From an uncultured delta proteobacterium (GTDB lineage: Bacteria; Myxococcota_A; Polyangia; Polyangiales; Polyangiaceae), in assembly GCA_963782055.1 (NCBI GenBank), contig CAWAIF010000003.1, positions 4,096,001 through 4,160,000 of the forward strand: a stretch of 64,000 nucleotides of DNA. Direction: 5' to 3'. A program made the position numbers and the translations under genes. Of the stretch, positions 32,908-43,209 are shown piece by piece (the first letter of the stretch is position 1; each line of letters opens with the position of its first letter). The notes beneath the pieces were generated by a model. It was not told where the DNA came from and did not search any database. It worked only from the letters and a program-made list of their open reading frames with translations.

Positions 32908-35900
32908 TCACCCCTGCCCTGCCGCCCGGCCCAGCAGGGCGTCGGGGTCGAGGCCCCGCGCGCAAGCCAGGGCGAGGGTGCGGGCGTTCTCCGGGACGCG
33001 CGAGAGGAAGGAGCCCCGCCATCCGGCACGGCGGATCCTGTCGGCGCGCGCGCCGAGCGACTCCACGGCGAGGCGCAGGACGGCGTCTGCCTCCGGGTCG
33101 CGGCCGGCGGCGAGCAGCGCCTCGGCGTAGACCACCCGCACCAGCGACTCGGTGTCCTCCAGCCCGCCAATCTCCTCCAGCGTGGCGTAGGCCGAGGCGG
33201 CGTGCTCGAGCGCCTCCGCCGCCTCGCCCGCCGCGAGCAGGGCGTCGGCGAGCACCGCCCGTGCGCTGGCGGCGGCCGGCCGCATGGGCCCCGCCACCTC
33301 GAGCGCCCGCTCGGCCTCCTCGATCGCGCCCTCGCCATCGCCACGCGCGCGAAAGGCCATCGCCAGGTACATGCGCGAGAAGCACTCCAGCCGCCGGTCG
33401 CCCTGCGCGTGGAAGGCCTCGATGGCCTGCTGCTGGAAGGCGATGGACTCGTTCACCCTCCCCTGCAGCACGCGCAGCAGGCCGAGGTTGTGAAGGAAGA
33501 TGGCGCGGATGCGGGTGATGCCCAGCGCCTCCGCCGTGCGCAGGGCGGGCAGCAGCGCGGCGTCGGCCTCCTCGAAGGCGCCGGCGGTCACGGCGACGTA
33601 CGCCAGGTTGACGACCTGCACGCACGCGTTGCGACGATCGCCCGCCGCCTCGAACAGGTCGCGCGCGCGCTGCAGCCGGTCGTAGTAGGTGCCCACGTCG
33701 CTCGAGTAGAGCGCGCGGTGGGCGTAGGACCCCTGCACGCGCGCCGCCGCCACCGGCTCGTGGCGCCCGTCGGGCAGGCCGTAGCGATCCAGCTCGGCGA
33801 CCGCGGTGTCGGCGAGCTCGCGCGCGCCAGCGGGGTAGAGCTGGCTCGCGACGCGCGCGACGGCGACGGCGAGCGCCGGGTCCAGCCGGCCGCAGGCGCG
33901 CCACGTGACGAGCACCTCGCCGGCGAGGGCGGAGACGACGTCCACGTGCCCGAGGCCGGTGGCGGCCGTCACGAGCTCCGCCACCGCCTTGCACCACGGG
34001 CCGGAGCCGCGGGGCAGCAGCGCGACGGCCTCGCGCGCCGCCACCTCCGCGTCGGTGATGCGGCCCCTCCAGCGGTACGCCTCGGCCTGCAGCCGGCGCA
34101 TGTCACCGAGCTCGGCGCCCGTCGCGCCGCTCGCGCACGCGTGCTCGGCGAGCGTGATCACCGCGGCGAGATCGTTGCCCTCCAGGGCCTGCGCGGCGGC
34201 GCGTGCATAATACACGCGTGCGCGGTCCGGGCGCCGGCCGCGGTCGAAGTGCCCGGCGAGCTCGGCGGCGCTGCGCTCCCCCCGGCGCTCCAGCCACTCG
34301 GCGGCGAGGGCGTGGCCCATGGCACGGTCGTCCTCGGTCAGCATGGCGTAGGCCGCCTCGCGGACCAGGGCGTGCCGGAAGACGAGCTCCCGCTCCCCGG
34401 TGAGGCGGCTGGCCGGACTGCGCGTCACCAGCTCCTGCTCGGCCAGCGCGTCCAGGTACGTCGCCGCGTCGCCCGCGCCGTCCGCGGCGAGATCGCCCAC
34501 CAGCTCGCGCACGCCTCCCTCCCAGAAGGTCTTGCCGAAGACGCTCGCCGCGCGCAGGACCCGGCGCGCGGGGGCCTCCAGCGTGGAGAGGCGCCGCTCG
34601 ACCATCGCCAGCACCGTCTCCGGCACGTCGTCGCCCTTGCCCTCGGCGATCGCGCGGAGGATCTCCTCCAGGAAGAAGGCGTTGCCCGCGGCCTTCGCCA
34701 CCGCGCGGGCGAGCACGTCCGCCGGCACGCGCGCGCCCAGGACGTGACGCGCCAGCCGCTCGGCGGCCGCGACGTCCAGCTCGCCCAGGTCCACCCGCTC
34801 GGTGGAGGGCAAGGCGAGCACCGACCCGAAGGACTCCAGCGCCTCCGGCCGCGCGAGCATGAGCACCATCATCCGGGCGCCGCCCGGCGCGCGCAGCGAG
34901 CCCTCCACCAGACGCATCGTCGGGAGGTCCGCCCAGTGAAGGTCCTCGATCGACACCAGCGTCGGCGCCGCGTCGCACTCCGCGCGCATCCACGTCTCCC
35001 ACGCCGCGCGTACCTGATCGCCCATCAGCATGGGGTCCTGCCGCGCCGCCCGCAGCTCGACGCGCGACGCGTCGTCGAAGCGGACGCCGACGACCTCGCC
35101 CAGGAACTCCGCCACGCGCTGCACCTCCGGGGCGGCCACCGTCCGCGCCACGCGCCCGCGCAGGCGGGCTCGCGCGGCCTCGATGGGATCGCCGGGCTCG
35201 ATGGACGCCGCACCGCGAACGATCTGGGAGAGCAGACCGAAGGGGGAGCCCGCCGTCATGGGGTCGGCGCGGCAGGAGAAGACCTGGACGCCCTCCGGAC
35301 GCCGCGCCACGCCGCGCAGCCACTCGAAGCGCAGGCGCGACTTGCCCACGCCCGCGGGCGCGGTGACCACCGCCGCCCGGGGCGAGCGCTCGCGCAGACA
35401 CGCGGCGAGCACGCCGTCCAGCGCGCCCATCTCCCGCTCGCGCCCGACGAAGGGCGTGGGCTTGCCCAGCAGCGTCCGCACCGGCGGCGCCGTCTCCGGG
35501 CGCTCGCTGACCAGCTCCAGCGCGCCGCCGGCGCCCCCCACCTCGAAGGCCGCGCCCAGCAGTCCGGAGGTCACCTCGTCGATGGAGATGCTCCCCCCGC
35601 GCGCGGCATGCAGCCGCGCCACGGCGCGATCGATCACCTCCCCCACCACACGCTCGCCCACCTCGGCGCGGCCCGTGGCCAGCGCGACCGGCAGCTCCGG
35701 CAGCACCGCGCGCAGCGCGAGCGCCAGCCGCGCGGCGCGGGCGGCCTGGTCCACCGCGCCCCCCTTCCCGGAGAGCGCGGCGATCATCGCGCTGCCCACC
35801 ACCTCGACGCGCGCGCCGAAGCGCGCTGCCACCGCGCGCGCGGCCTCGTCCAGGTCGGCCGACCGGTCCCCCGGCGCGCCGCGCAGGGTGGCCTCCTCGG

Positions 35901-36816
35901 CGAGCGCAGCCCAGCGGCCCGCCACCAGCACGCTCACGATGCGCAGCTCGCGGTGCGTCAGCGAGGGCGGCGGACGCGACGACGCCGGCGCCTCGCCCAG
36001 GTCGACGTCGCGGAGCGCGCGCAGCGCCGCCGCGCCGTCCGCGGGGCGCGCCTTGGCGTCCCTGGCGAGCATGCGCATCACCACCGCGTCGAGGGCGCCG
36101 GGCACCTCCCCACGCACCGACGAGGGCGGCGGCGGGTCGTCGAAGAACACCTTCGCGATGGAGGCCATCGCGTCCTCGGCGGCGAAGGGGCCGCGGCCGG
36201 TGAGCGCCTTGTACAGCACGCACCCGAGGGCAAAGACGTCGGCGCTGCCATCGAGCGCCACGCTGCCGAGCGCCTGCTCCGGCGGCATGTACCCCGGGGT
36301 CCCCACCAGCGAGTCCGGCGTGAGGTCCGACCGGCCCACCATGGCGAGCCCGAAGTCGACGAGGCGCAGCGCGTCCAGCTCGCCCCGGACGAAGAAGACG
36401 TTGCCCGGCTTCACGTCGCGGTGGACGATGCCGCGCGCGTGCGCGTGCCCGAGCGCCTCCGCCAGGCGCATCCCCACGGCCACCGTGTCGGTCACCGAGA
36501 GCGGCCCGCGCTTCAGGCGCGCGCGCAGGTCCTCGCCGTCCAGCCACTCCATGGCGACGAAGGGCCCCTCGCCGGAGGTGCCGTGGCCGACGTAGCGCAC
36601 GATGCGCGGGTGCGACGCCATCGACAGGGCGCGGATCTCGCGGGAGAAGAAGGCCGGGCCGTCGGGGACGCCGGGCAGCAGCACCTTCACCGCGACGGTC
36701 GCGCCGGTCTCCAGGTCCTGGGCGCGGTAGACGCGCCCCATCCCTCCCACACCCACGGCCACGTCGATGCGAAAGCGGCTGGAGAGCACGTCTCCTTGTC
36801 GGAGGACGGCCGTCAT
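32908..36816 (-). CDS. Ser/Thr protein kinase - degenerate cyclase-like - AAA/STAND ATPase - TPR fusion
   Basis: GVGGMG, VAVK, HRDVKPGN, DFG, GTPGYMPPEQ; FVGRERE, AGVGKSRL, IEDLHWAD, GNAFFLEE; TPR-like C-terminus. Confidence 0.92.
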   Translation of the reverse strand: MTAVLRQGDVLSSRFRIDVAVGVGGMGRVYRAQDLETGATVAVKVLLPGVPDGPAFFSREIRALSMASHPRIVRYVGHGTSGEGPFVAMEWLDGEDLRARLKRGPLSVTDTVAVGMRLAEALGHAHARGIVHRDVKPGNVFFVRGELDALRLVDFGLAMVGRSDLTPDSLVGTPGYMPPEQALGSVALDGSADVFALGCVLYKALTGRGPFAAEDAMASIAKVFFDDPPPPSSVRGEVPGALDAVVMRMLARDAKARPADGAAALRALRDVDLGEAPASSRPPPSLTHRELRIVSVLVAGRWAALAEEATLRGAPGDRSADLDEAARAVAARFGARVEVVGSAMIAALSGKGGAVDQAARAARLALALRAVLPELPVALATGRAEVGERVVGEVIDRAVARLHAARGGSISIDEVTSGLLGAAFEVGGAGGALELVSERPETAPPVRTLLGKPTPFVGREREMGALDGVLAACLRERSPRAAVVTAPAGVGKSRLRFEWLRGVARRPEGVQVFSCRADPMTAGSPFGLLSQIVRGAASIEPGDPIEAARARLRGRVARTVAAPEVQRVAEFLGEVVGVRFDDASRVELRAARQDPMLMGDQVRAAWETWMRAECDAAPTLVSIEDLHWADLPTMRLVEGSLRAPGGARMMVLMLARPEALESFGSVLALPSTERVDLGELDVAAAERLARHVLGARVPADVLARAVAKAAGNAFFLEEILRAIAEGKGDDVPETVLAMVERRLSTLEAPARRVLRAASVFGKTFWEGGVRELVGDLAADGAGDAATYLDALAEQELVTRSPASRLTGERELVFRHALVREAAYAMLTEDDRAMGHALAAEWLERRGERSAAELAGHFDRGRRPDRARVYYARAAAQALEGNDLAAVITLAEHACASGATGAELGDMRRLQAEAYRWRGRITDAEVAAREAVALLPRGSGPWCKAVAELVTAATGLGHVDVVSALAGEVLVTWRACGRLDPALAVAVARVASQLYPAGARELADTAVAELDRYGLPDGRHEPVAAARVQGSYAHRALYSSDVGTYYDRLQRARDLFEAAGDRRNACVQVVNLAYVAVTAGAFEEADAALLPALRTAEALGITRIRAIFLHNLGLLRVLQGRVNESIAFQQQAIEAFHAQGDRRLECFSRMYLAMAFRARGDGEGAIEEAERALEVAGPMRPAAASARAVLADALLAAGEAAEALEHAASAYATLEEIGGLEDTESLVRVVYAEALLAAGRDPEADAVLRLAVESLGARADRIRRAGWRGSFLSRVPENARTLALACARGLDPDALLGRAAGQG

Positions 36817-36832
36817 GCGGGGCGATTATCCG

Positions 36833-38317
36833 TCAGGCGGCCCCGGGAGAAAAGGCGATGCCGGCGTTCTTGAACATCTGGATGAGGCCGTTCTTGTCGA
36901 CCGCCTTCATCCACGCGTCCCTCGGGTCGACGAGCTTCTTCTGCACCAGCAGGAGCAGCGAGTCGTTCATGGTGACCATGCCCTGGGCCTTCGACGTCTG
37001 CATGATCGAGGGGATCTGGAAGGTCTTGCCCTCACGCACCAGGCTGGCGACCGCGGTGTTGCCCAGCAGGATCTCCATCGCCGCGACGCGCCCGCCGCCG
37101 ATCTTCTTGCAGAGCACCTGCGCGACTACGCCCTTGAGCGACTCGCTGAGCATCACGCGGATCTGCTCCTGCTGGTCCGTCGGGAACTGGTCGATGATGC
37201 GGTCGACGGTGGAGATGGCGGTCGTCGTGTGGAGCGTGCCGAAGACCAGGTGGCCCGTCTCCGCCGTCTCGATGGCGATGGCGATGGTCTCCAGGTCGCG
37301 CATCTCGCCCACGAGCACGATGTCGGGGTCCTCGCGGAGCGCCGCGCGCAGCGCGTTCTTGAAGCTCATCGTGTGCTGGCCCACCTCCCGCTGGTTGACC
37401 AGACACTTGATGTTCTTGTGCACGAACTCGACCGGGTCCTCGATGGTGATGATGTGGTCGGAGCGGTTCTTGTTGATGTAGTCGATCATCCCCGCGAGCG
37501 TCGTCGACTTGCCGGAGCCCGTCGGCCCGGTCACCACCACCAGGCCCTTGGTGAGGAAGCAGAGGTCGAGCACCGCCTGCGGCAGCCCGAGCTTGTCCGC
37601 CGGGATGATCTCGATGGGGATCTGCCGGAGCACGGCGCCCGCGCCGTTGCGGTCGAGGAAGGCGTTCACGCGGAAACGCGCCAGGCCGGGGACCTCGTAG
37701 GCGAAGTCCGCGTCGTGCTTCTCCTCGAAGTCGTGGCGCGCCTTCTCGTTGAAGATGGGCCGGATGAGGTCGAGGATGCCGGCGGATTCGAGCACCGGAC
37801 GCTCGCGGATGAAGTGCATCTCGCCGTGCACGCGCATGGCCGGGTGGGACCCGGTGGAGAGGTGCAGGTCGGAGGCCTGACGGTCGATCATGTCCTGCAG
37901 GATCTCGTCGATGGCGTTGGCCCCCACCGCGGCGCGCCTCGCCGGCGCGGGCGGCCGGGCGGCGGCGGCCGGCACGCTGGCGAAGGCCCCGCTGTCGTGC
38001 CGCGGCGGAGCGGCGACGGCGCCCGCACGGCGGATGGTCATCGCCATGCTGGAGCCCTTCACCTCGAGGGTGACCTGGTAGCGGTCCACGCCGCGATCCA
38101 CCTTCACCGTCCGGGGCGCGGTGCGCACGGCGAGCAGCTCGTCCGCCTTGAGCAGCTCGCTGGCGAGCGCCTGGATGCTGGGCGCCTGCAGCGGCTCGCG
38201 CCCGATGTCCTGCCGGCGGCCGTTGCGCATGACGTAGATGCGCTCGCCCACGTTGAGGCAGACCTCGTCGGCCTCGGTCTTCTTGAGCGCGTCGATGAGC
38301 GGATCCAGCCTGGACAA
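36833..38317 (-). CDS. pilT: Type IV pilus retraction ATPase PilT/PilU family with extra N-terminal domain
   Basis: ASDLHL, RFRVNAF, GPTGSGKSTT, TIEDPVE, QREVG, LREDPD, GEMRD, AETGHLVFGTLH; TTG start with GGAGG SD. Confidence 0.93.
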   Translation of the reverse strand: MSRLDPLIDALKKTEADEVCLNVGERIYVMRNGRRQDIGREPLQAPSIQALASELLKADELLAVRTAPRTVKVDRGVDRYQVTLEVKGSSMAMTIRRAGAVAAPPRHDSGAFASVPAAAARPPAPARRAAVGANAIDEILQDMIDRQASDLHLSTGSHPAMRVHGEMHFIRERPVLESAGILDLIRPIFNEKARHDFEEKHDADFAYEVPGLARFRVNAFLDRNGAGAVLRQIPIEIIPADKLGLPQAVLDLCFLTKGLVVVTGPTGSGKSTTLAGMIDYINKNRSDHIITIEDPVEFVHKNIKCLVNQREVGQHTMSFKNALRAALREDPDIVLVGEMRDLETIAIAIETAETGHLVFGTLHTTTAISTVDRIIDQFPTDQQEQIRVMLSESLKGVVAQVLCKKIGGGRVAAMEILLGNTAVASLVREGKTFQIPSIMQTSKAQGMVTMNDSLLLLVQKKLVDPRDAWMKAVDKNGLIQMFKNAGIAFSPGAA

Positions 38318-38335
38318 TGCGAGACCTCCGGAATT

Positions 38336-38791
38336 TCACACCAGGACGGCGGCGACGTGTCGCTTGTTGACGAAGACGACCCCGACGTCGTCCTCGATGG
38401 CGAAGAAGTCGTCGGGGCCGTTGATGTGATCGGAGGGGCGGGCGCGCCCGTCGACGTCGGCGTGGGCGAGCACGCCGCTCACCTCGCCGCCGCCGAGCAG
38501 CAGCACGCGGACCATGTCCACCGCGGACACCACCTCCGCGTCGCGTCGCGCCACGCCCTGCACCTCCGGCGGCACGCGCACCACGGCGATGGCGTCGCGG
38601 CTGACCAGCGCCGAGTCCGGCCCGTGCTTGACCGGCAGGAAGCGCCGCGGCGCGTTCAGGAAGTCCTCGATCGTCTCCGGGCCCTCGTGGGTGCGGGTGG
38701 TGAGGTCGAGGAACACGGTGACCGCCTCGCGTCGCCCGCCCTCGTAGACGAGCACGACCTCGATCGGGTCCTTCGGGACGACCGCCGGCAT
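38336..38791 (-). CDS. Hypothetical protein with two tandem copies of a small beta domain (DUF6812-like)
   Basis: Internal repeat DFLNAPRRFLPV...LVSRDAIAVV / DHINGPDDFFAI...FVNKRHVAAV; TATTCT 6 nt before the ATG. Confidence 0.7.
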   Translation of the reverse strand: MPAVVPKDPIEVVLVYEGGRREAVTVFLDLTTRTHEGPETIEDFLNAPRRFLPVKHGPDSALVSRDAIAVVRVPPEVQGVARRDAEVVSAVDMVRVLLLGGGEVSGVLAHADVDGRARPSDHINGPDDFFAIEDDVGVVFVNKRHVAAVLV

Positions 38792-38909
38792 GCTCGCAGA
38801 ATACACCCCGGCCTTCAGGCCGGGCAGCAACATCGGCCCGCGGGCCGCGGCGCTGACTGAAGCATCATTCATTCTTGACGCACTGCGCCCAAAGCCCCAA
38901 ATTCCCCAC

Positions 38910-40760
<1,851 letters not shown>

Positions 40761-40844
40761 GGTCCGGCCGGAGGCCGGCCGACGGCCCGAAGGGCACGTG
40801 GATCGAGGGCTCGCACACGTCGGGCGCGGCCTTACAATGGCCTC

Positions 40845-42068
40845 ATGGACGGGCCGCCGCCATCGCTCGCTCAGGAGCCGCGCCGCAGCAGGGCCGCCTT
40901 CGTGTCGCGCAAGTGCACGCTGCGGCGGCGGGAGCGGGCGCGTGCGGCCTGGCTGATCCCGCTGTCGGTGGGGGCCGCCGTGGCGATCGGCGTGGCCACG
41001 CACGGCAACGGCGGCCTCATCGCCCTCTTCTTCCTCCTCGGCCTGCCGCTCCTGCTGCTGGCCGTCCTGCTCGCCGGCATGCTGGACACCTGGGGGCCCG
41101 TCGTCATCCAGGCCGACCGGACCGGGCTGCGGGTGGGGACGCGCTTCATCCCGCGCGAGCACATTCGCGACGCGGTGCTCATGCCCGTGTCCGAGGGCGA
41201 GTGCCACGTCCGCGTCCGTCTGCAGCGGGGCTCCGTCGTCCAGATCCAGACGCGCAACACGCGCCACGGGCTCGAGCTGCTCCGCGCGCTCGGCTACGAC
41301 GCGGCGCACGCCACGGCGCGCTTCCGCGCGTCCTCCCTCGCCTTCCCGCCGGACACGGCCTTGCTGGCGATCTCCCTGTCCGTGCTTCCCCTGATGGCGC
41401 TGTGCGAGCTGACGCACGGGCGCGCGCTGGTGGAGGTCGTCGCCGGCGCGGCCTCGGTCGAGGCGCTGATGGTGGCGGCGGCGATGTGGCCCTCGATCGT
41501 GGAGGTCGGGGCGGACGGCGTGCTCGTCCGCTGGGCATGGAGGACACGCTTCATCCCGGCGGCGTCGATCGAGCAGGTCTCGGAGCACGCGGCCAGCGTC
41601 GACCTCACCCTCGCCTCCGGTCGCACCTTCAACGTGCGGGTGGGCACCGGGGACGAGCGGACGGCGGTGGCGACCATGGCGGAGCGCATCCGCGAGGCCG
41701 TCGCGGCGCGGGCGCGCGGCACGGCTGGCAGCGCGGCGGCGGTGCTCGCGCGCGGCTCGCGCGACGTGCGCGCCTGGATCCAGACGCTGAGGGCGGTCGG
41801 GGTCGGCGCCAACGCCACCCTGCGCGTCGCGCCCGTCGACCCGGAGGAGCTCCTGCGCTTGGCGGAGAACCCGCGCGCGACGGCGGCGGACCGCGCCGCG
41901 GCGGCGGTGGCGTTCGCCGCATCCGGGAGGACGGACGCCGCGCGCCGCCTGCGCGTGGCGGGGGAGGCGGTGGCGGCGCCGGCACTCCGCGTGGCGCTGC
42001 AGTCGGCGGCGGACGGCAACGAGGACGCGCTGGAGGCGGCGCTGGGCGAGCTGTCGGCGACGACGTGA
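40845..42068 (+). CDS. Hypothetical membrane protein (two TM-pair + PH-like repeats, helical C-terminus)
   Basis: Repeated unit ADRTGLRV..RFIP / GADGVLV...RFIP after hydrophobic pairs; TACAAT 6 nt before the ATG. Confidence 0.7.
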   Translation: MDGPPPSLAQEPRRSRAAFVSRKCTLRRRERARAAWLIPLSVGAAVAIGVATHGNGGLIALFFLLGLPLLLLAVLLAGMLDTWGPVVIQADRTGLRVGTRFIPREHIRDAVLMPVSEGECHVRVRLQRGSVVQIQTRNTRHGLELLRALGYDAAHATARFRASSLAFPPDTALLAISLSVLPLMALCELTHGRALVEVVAGAASVEALMVAAAMWPSIVEVGADGVLVRWAWRTRFIPAASIEQVSEHAASVDLTLASGRTFNVRVGTGDERTAVATMAERIREAVAARARGTAGSAAAVLARGSRDVRAWIQTLRAVGVGANATLRVAPVDPEELLRLAENPRATAADRAAAAVAFAASGRTDAARRLRVAGEAVAAPALRVALQSAADGNEDALEAALGELSATT

Positions 42069-42092
42069 GGCCCCGTCACGAGTCCGGACCGG

Positions 42093-43181
42093 TCACGCGG
42101 TCGAGAGCGTGTGGATGACGCGGGCGAGGGTCGCGACCTCCCGGCCGAGCGCGCGCACGGACGGCAGGGCGCTGCCGGTGTGGCCGTACATGCCGGTGAT
42201 CATCACGCGGCACGGATGACCCGCGGGGAGCGCGCGCGCCAGCTTGTGGGCCTCGAAGTAGGGGATGACGTCGTCGTCCCGCCCGTGCACCAGCGCGACG
42301 GGCGCGCGCACCTTCGCCAGGTGCGGCGCCGGGTCGGCGAAGGCGAACCCGCCGCGCGCCGCGTCGAGCCCGGACACCAGGAGCTCGCGCGAGGAGGCGT
42401 GGAGGCCGCAGCCGGCGAGGAAGAGTTCGCGCTCGCGCGGGCGGAGCTCGCGCGCGATGGCGTGGGCGAAGGGATCGCGCGCCCCCTCCTCCTTCAGCTC
42501 CATCTTCCCCCAGGTCCGCTCCACCATCGCGCGCCACGCGCCCATGAGCGCGGGACGGTCCACGTCCAGCTCCAGGTGCGGCAGGAGATTCATGTAGACG
42601 ACGGGGGAGTTGAGCGGATCGCGCGCGACGCGCAGCCGCGCGCCCTCGTGCTCCGCCTCCCCGGTCACGGCGAAGCGCACGGTCGCCTCGAAGTCGGCGT
42701 AGCCGCCGAAGACCACCAGGCGCGCGATCCGGTCGGCGTAGCCCTCCCGCCCCGCCAGCGCGATGGCGGGCTGCGAGCCGAAGGAGATGCTGAAGAGCGC
42801 CGGCACCCCGAGGCCGCGGCGCTCCGCCAGATCACAGGCGAAGTCGTGGGCGACGGCGAGATCGTCGGTCGTGGAGGGCGCGACGCGCAGGTCTAGGAAG
42901 TCGGGCAGGAGCGGCGCCACGACCACGAAGCCGCTCGCCGCGAGGATGCGGCAGAAGCGGTCCAGGCGAGGGTCGTCGGGGCCGAGGAAGTGCAAGCCGG
43001 GGACCACCACGTACAGGCCGCGCGCCCGGCTGCGCCCCTCGTACACGTACGCGCCGAGCAGCGGGGCGCCGGCGCCCGCCGCCGGCCGGGCGAGCATGTG
43101 CCGGTCGCGCCGGACGCCCCGCGGGACGCGCCCCTCCGACCACGGCCCGAGCCACCGCAGGAGACGGGCGGCGGGAATCAC
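42093..43181 (-). CDS. Alpha/beta-hydrolase fold protein
   Basis: VVPGLH, SISFGS nucleophile elbow, VHGRDDDVIP, C-terminal YGH; start GTG 43181 or ATG 43211. Confidence 0.75.
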   Translation of the reverse strand: MIPAARLLRWLGPWSEGRVPRGVRRDRHMLARPAAGAGAPLLGAYVYEGRSRARGLYVVVPGLHFLGPDDPRLDRFCRILAASGFVVVAPLLPDFLDLRVAPSTTDDLAVAHDFACDLAERRGLGVPALFSISFGSQPAIALAGREGYADRIARLVVFGGYADFEATVRFAVTGEAEHEGARLRVARDPLNSPVVYMNLLPHLELDVDRPALMGAWRAMVERTWGKMELKEEGARDPFAHAIARELRPRERELFLAGCGLHASSRELLVSGLDAARGGFAFADPAPHLAKVRAPVALVHGRDDDVIPYFEAHKLARALPAGHPCRVMITGMYGHTGSALPSVRALGREVATLARVIHTLSTA

Positions 43182-43209
43182 GCGGCCCTTGCCGGGCGTT
43201 CGGAGCGGC

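Noticed and set aside
29946..33344. Apparent 1132-aa protein ending in an M23 domain
   Set aside because: The upstream part is an off-frame shadow of the OPT and kinase genes; the real start is ATG 30890
40762..40783. Terminator after the acyl-CoA dehydrogenase (CCGGCC-GGA-GGCCGG)
   Set aside because: Short GC-only stem with no U-tract; common by chance at this GC content
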